DNA of 64,000 nucleotides from an uncultured SAR116 cluster alpha proteobacterium (lineage in GTDB: Bacteria; Pseudomonadota; Alphaproteobacteria; Puniceispirillales; Marisalimonadaceae), in assembly GCA_902619485.1 (NCBI GenBank), contig CACNEF010000004.1:26021-90020 (forward strand). Reading direction: 5' to 3'. Shown here in pieces: positions 60,319-64,000 of this stretch (the stretch's first letter is position 1; every line of letters starts with the position of its first letter). The notes beneath the pieces were generated by a model that saw nothing but the letters and a program-made list of their open reading frames with translations, had not been told where the DNA came from and searched no databases. Both the position numbers and the translations under genes were made by a program.

Positions 60319-61281
60319 ATGGTATTTTATAAAAGAAAAGAAGTTTGGAAATTAAAAGATCACAATGTTACGTCAGAAAACTCTTTTTATAATAGAAGAG
60401 ATTTTTTAAAAAAACTTGGTATAGGCTCAATTTTATTTTCTAGCGCATCATTGATGTCTCATCCAGTGTTTAGCTCACTTTATCCACCTCCAGTAAATAA
60501 ATCTTATATTGCAAAAAGATCTTTAACTGCTGAGCATTTGGCTACAACTTATACAAATTTTTATGAATTTGGGTCAAATAAAAATATTTGGAGAAGGGCC
60601 TCCCAACTTAAAACTGAACCATGGACGCTAACTATAGATGGGCTAGTTAACAATCCATTAGTAATTGATATAAATGACTTACTAAAAAAAATTGGTGGCA
60701 TCGAAGAAAGAGTCTATCGTTTTAGATGCGTCGAAGCTTGGTCAATGACAGTTCCATGGGCAGGATTCCCTTTAAATAAAATTTTATCCTTAGTTGACCC
60801 AAAAAGTAGTGCTAAATTTTTAAAGTTTGAAACTTTTTTTGATCCTGAAGTTGCACCAGGTCAAAAACAAAAATGGTATCCATGGCCATATCAAGAAGGT
60901 GTTTCAATTGAAGAAGCTAAAAATGACCTAAGTTTTTTAGCTACTGGTATATATGGAAAACACTTACCAAATCAGAATGGTGCTCCCTTACGCCTCGTCT
61001 TGCCATGGAAGTATGGTTTTAAGTCAATAAAATCTATTGTAAAAATAAGTTTTTTAAGTGAAAGACCTATTGGAATGTGGGAAAAACTTGCACCAAAAGA
61101 GTACGGGTTCTGGGCAAATGTAAATCCTAAAATTTCTCACCCTAGATGGTCTCAAGAAACAGAACAACAATTAGGGGTTGAAGGTAGAATCCCTACAATT
61201 ATTTATAATGGATATGAAGAACAAGTATCTTACTTGTATAAAGGGTTGGAAAAAACTTTGCAGGACAATCTTTTTAGATAA
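60319..61281 (+). CDS. msrP: Protein-methionine-sulfoxide reductase catalytic subunit (molybdoenzyme)
   Basis: RRDFLK Tat signal, NFYEFG, RFRCVEAWS, QNGAPLRL, PWKYGFKSIKSI, HPRWSQ. Confidence 0.95.
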   Translation: MVFYKRKEVWKLKDHNVTSENSFYNRRDFLKKLGIGSILFSSASLMSHPVFSSLYPPPVNKSYIAKRSLTAEHLATTYTNFYEFGSNKNIWRRASQLKTEPWTLTIDGLVNNPLVIDINDLLKKIGGIEERVYRFRCVEAWSMTVPWAGFPLNKILSLVDPKSSAKFLKFETFFDPEVAPGQKQKWYPWPYQEGVSIEEAKNDLSFLATGIYGKHLPNQNGAPLRLVLPWKYGFKSIKSIVKISFLSERPIGMWEKLAPKEYGFWANVNPKISHPRWSQETEQQLGVEGRIPTIIYNGYEEQVSYLYKGLEKTLQDNLFR

Positions 61282-61300
61282 AAAATGATTTGTTTTATTC

Positions 61301-62728
61301 ATGATAAATAAAGCCAAAGTTGTAAATAGTCATTTAAATTTAGGTGAATCCTTTTACCACATAGCTACTCCAGCAAAGTTTCCTAATCATATTTTAAGAT
61401 TTAGAAATGACAGAGCTGCTAAGTTGTTAGATTTGGACCATTTAAGTGATAATCAGTGGGTTAAATTTTTTGGTAAATTCGCTAAATTGCCAGGTATTAA
61501 TCATGAACCAATGGCATTAAAATATCATGGCCATCAATTTGGTTATTATAATCCAGACTTAGGCGATGGAAGAGGGTTTCTGTTAGCACAATTTTTAGAT
61601 AAAAATAATGTTTTATGGGATTTGGGAACAAAAGGTTCTGGGCAAACAAAATATAGCAGAGGAGGAGACGGTAGGCTTACTCTGAAGGGAGCTGTGAGAG
61701 AGTTATTAGCAACTGAATTTTTAACTTCCTTAGGCGTTCCTACAAGTCAAACTTTCTCAATTATTGAAACAGCAGAAGAATTGCAAAGAAATGATGAACC
61801 CTCTCCAACAAGATCAGCTGTTCTTGTAAGAAGAAGTAGTAGTCATATTAGGATAGGTACCTTTCAAAGATTAAAGTATTTTAATGAATATGATAATATT
61901 GCTCTATTATTAAATCATCTTAGTGAAAATTATTTTACCAATATAAAACCTCAAAAAAATATAAAGTCTTTAGCCGAAAATATATTCTTAGAAAGTGTAA
62001 AAAGAATATCAGAATCAATTGGCAGGATTATTATCTCAGGTTTTGTTCATGGCGTTTTAAATACAGACAATTTTAATATTACTGGAGAAGTGTTTGATTA
62101 TGGTCCGTGGAGATTTATAGAATTTGCAGATAGTTCATTTACAGCGGCATATTTTGATAATTATGGAAGATATTCTTTTGGCAGACAACCTGAGGCAGCA
62201 TTATGGGCACTTACACAGTTAGGAAAAAGTTTAGATGGGTTTATAGATGAAAAAACAATAATTGAAACTTTGAACCAATTTTCTAAATACTTTCATGAAT
62301 CGTTAAAAAAGCATTTTTGTTGGAGGATGGGAATACAAGATATTGATAGTAAAAATCTTAATGAAATAATTACAATTTTATTAAACGAAAGTGAAAAGAA
62401 TAAAATTGATTACGCTGACACGTTCTATGATTTCTATGGAGGGAGGGATTCTATCATAGATTGCATCAAAACTAATTATGGTAAAAAATATAAAATTAAT
62501 AAATTTTCAAAAATTGTTGATATTTTAAAAGAAACTCTTCCCGCTCAAGGTGTTTTAGAAAAGAAAAGTCAGATAGATAACAACAGACAAAATTTGTTAA
62601 TTGGAGAAGTTGAAAATATTTGGAGAGAAATAGATCAAAATGATAATTGGGAATTACTTTATGAGAAGATTAATAATATTAGAAAACTTGGTTATTTACT
62701 TGAATCCGAAAAACTTGTTTACTTGTGA
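61301..62728 (+). CDS. selO: Protein adenylyltransferase SelO/YdiU
   Basis: YHGHQF, LGDGRG, KGSG.T.YSR.GDGR, HGVLNTDN, DYGP. Confidence 0.93.
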   Translation: MINKAKVVNSHLNLGESFYHIATPAKFPNHILRFRNDRAAKLLDLDHLSDNQWVKFFGKFAKLPGINHEPMALKYHGHQFGYYNPDLGDGRGFLLAQFLDKNNVLWDLGTKGSGQTKYSRGGDGRLTLKGAVRELLATEFLTSLGVPTSQTFSIIETAEELQRNDEPSPTRSAVLVRRSSSHIRIGTFQRLKYFNEYDNIALLLNHLSENYFTNIKPQKNIKSLAENIFLESVKRISESIGRIIISGFVHGVLNTDNFNITGEVFDYGPWRFIEFADSSFTAAYFDNYGRYSFGRQPEAALWALTQLGKSLDGFIDEKTIIETLNQFSKYFHESLKKHFCWRMGIQDIDSKNLNEIITILLNESEKNKIDYADTFYDFYGGRDSIIDCIKTNYGKKYKINKFSKIVDILKETLPAQGVLEKKSQIDNNRQNLLIGEVENIWREIDQNDNWELLYEKINNIRKLGYLLESEKLVYL

Positions 62729-63658
62729 TATAGTAATTTTATTTGTTTGGAGTTTACTTTTTTTAAATTTATATAAATTACCATGATAGTCTTGAACAAT
62801 ATTTAATTCTTTGAGATTTGATATAAAAAATGAAATTTTTCTATTTTTCTTTGAAAAGTGAAAAATAAATAATGGTTTTAAGAGTGTTGCTAACTCAGAG
62901 ATCATGTTAACGCTGTCACTTGTGACAATAGTATAATCAATTATTTCTAAAATTTTTGGATAAAGCTTATTTTCGTCTGAAGAGAGTATCTTAAAGTCCT
63001 TTAAATGTTTTGAAAAAGTGGATTGCAATATTTTAATTGCTTTAATTGGTGTTCTTCTGGACACGGCAACTATTAATTGTGCATTTAACTTTTTAACTCC
63101 TTGTATTACCTTTGTACTTAACTCAAAATATTCGCTATAATCTGGTTTTTGTTTTTTGCTGTTACCTCCAACCATTAATAAAACGGTATTATTTTTAGTT
63201 TTTATTTTTTTTAAATTTGGTTCTTTGAACTTTTTGAAATCTTTTTCTTCAAAAAAACAAAGAGCACCTTTTGTTTGAATTACATTTTTACCTTTTATCC
63301 TGTCATGTTCTGGAATTAATAATAAATCGAAATTGTTTAGTGATAATTTAGGATTTTGGATATGTATACTTTTAACATTATTCTTTAAAATGGATTTTAG
63401 GGCAATGGATGTGCCAGCCATCCTTCTACCAGTAGTAATAATAATTGAAGGTAGTATACCTGTATTTAATTTTTGTCGTAAAAAATATGGAACATATAAT
63501 TTACCAAGTGTAGGAAATTTTTTTAAAATATATGGAGGATCATAATCAATTAATTTAAAATTAACATTTAACATTTTTGCTAGAGCAATTGACTGATTTT
63601 CCATACCCTTGGTATTGTCTGATAATATCCAGGTTTCATTTTCACTTTGTATCTTTAT
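62696..63658 (-). CDS. ELM1/mitochondrial-fission-like (GT-B fold) family protein
   Basis: IQNP, FDL...PEHD, VGG, SRRTP, DSVNMISE. Conserved W.LSD...GMENQ extends upstream of track ATG 63604; putative ATA start at 63658 after AGGA. Confidence 0.8.
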   Translation of the reverse strand: MKIQSENETWILSDNTKGMENQSIALAKMLNVNFKLIDYDPPYILKKFPTLGKLYVPYFLRQKLNTGILPSIIITTGRRMAGTSIALKSILKNNVKSIHIQNPKLSLNNFDLLLIPEHDRIKGKNVIQTKGALCFFEEKDFKKFKEPNLKKIKTKNNTVLLMVGGNSKKQKPDYSEYFELSTKVIQGVKKLNAQLIVAVSRRTPIKAIKILQSTFSKHLKDFKILSSDENKLYPKILEIIDYTIVTSDSVNMISELATLLKPLFIFHFSKKNRKISFFISNLKELNIVQDYHGNLYKFKKSKLQTNKITISQVNKFFGFK

Positions 63659-63790
63659 CTTTTTTCCTTTTATGTTATCTGAAATATAAATAAAAAAATT
63701 TTTTTTGAAATAAAATTGTTTATTATGGGGCTATATATTAATATTATTACAAAATCTTTATCATAGTTATTATAAAGAAGTATTGATTAA

Positions 63791-64000
63791 ATGAAAAATG
63801 AAAAAAACAAATTAGATAATATTGATTTAAGAATACTTAATGAGTTACAAATGAATGGTGATATAACTAATGTAAAGCTTGCTAATAAATTAAATATTTC
63901 TCCTCCATCTTGCTTAAGAAGAGTTAAATCATTAGAACGCAAAAATTTAATACTTGGATATAATGCTATCGTCAACCCAGAATTATTAGGTTACAAGGTT
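63791..64000 (+). CDS. Lrp/AsnC family transcriptional regulator (5' partial)
   Basis: Not in ORF track. Hand translation MKNEKNKLDNIDLRILNELQMNGDITNVKLANKLNISPPSCLRRVKSLE...GY.A; runs off window. Confidence 0.88.
   Translation, partial: MKNEKNKLDNIDLRILNELQMNGDITNVKLANKLNISPPSCLRRVKSLERKNLILGYNAIVNPELLGYKV

Noticed and set aside
63787-63975. 62-aa minus-strand ORF
   Set aside because: Antisense to the partial Lrp/AsnC gene starting at 63791
1-64000. CRISPR array, tRNA/rRNA, integrase/transposase, prophage or defence genes
   Set aside because: No repeat-spacer periodicity, cloverleaf-like GC-rich segments or matching protein motifs seen; intergenic gaps are short

Overview
AT-rich, gene-dense window from a streamlined marine-type alphaproteobacterium (SAR116/HIMB59-like by inference; lineage not proven). 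About 1-31 kb is an accessory catabolic block. It holds a PhyH-family dioxygenase fragment and a DHDPS-family aldolase, an esterase/epimerase/DMT/uronate-dehydrogenase-like operon, and a TRAP transporter with an extra membrane gene between dctQ and dctM followed by a gulonate-3-dehydrogenase-like/BKACE/SDR module. It also holds several alpha/beta hydrolases and an Lrp-associated co-directional run (AceE-like TPP enzyme, second TRAP, ICL/PEP-mutase enzyme, Zn-ADH, cobalt nitrile hydratase nthAB plus accessory protein, Zn-ADH) with no amidase. About 32-64 kb is core alphaproteobacterial housekeeping (pyk, cca-like, hemF, petABC, ychF, pth, rplY, prs, lgt, proC, EnvZ/OmpR-like pair, ilvE, moaED, pgsA, uvrCB, aspartate aminotransferase, msrP, selO). 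Signals missed by the ORF track: tandem NrdR-box-like operators before a YbjN-like/proC unit, and two genes (CCA-adding enzyme, ELM1-like) whose conserved N-termini lack an ATG/GTG/TTG start. No rRNA, tRNA, CRISPR array or mobile element was recognised. All calls come from motif reading, without database searches.
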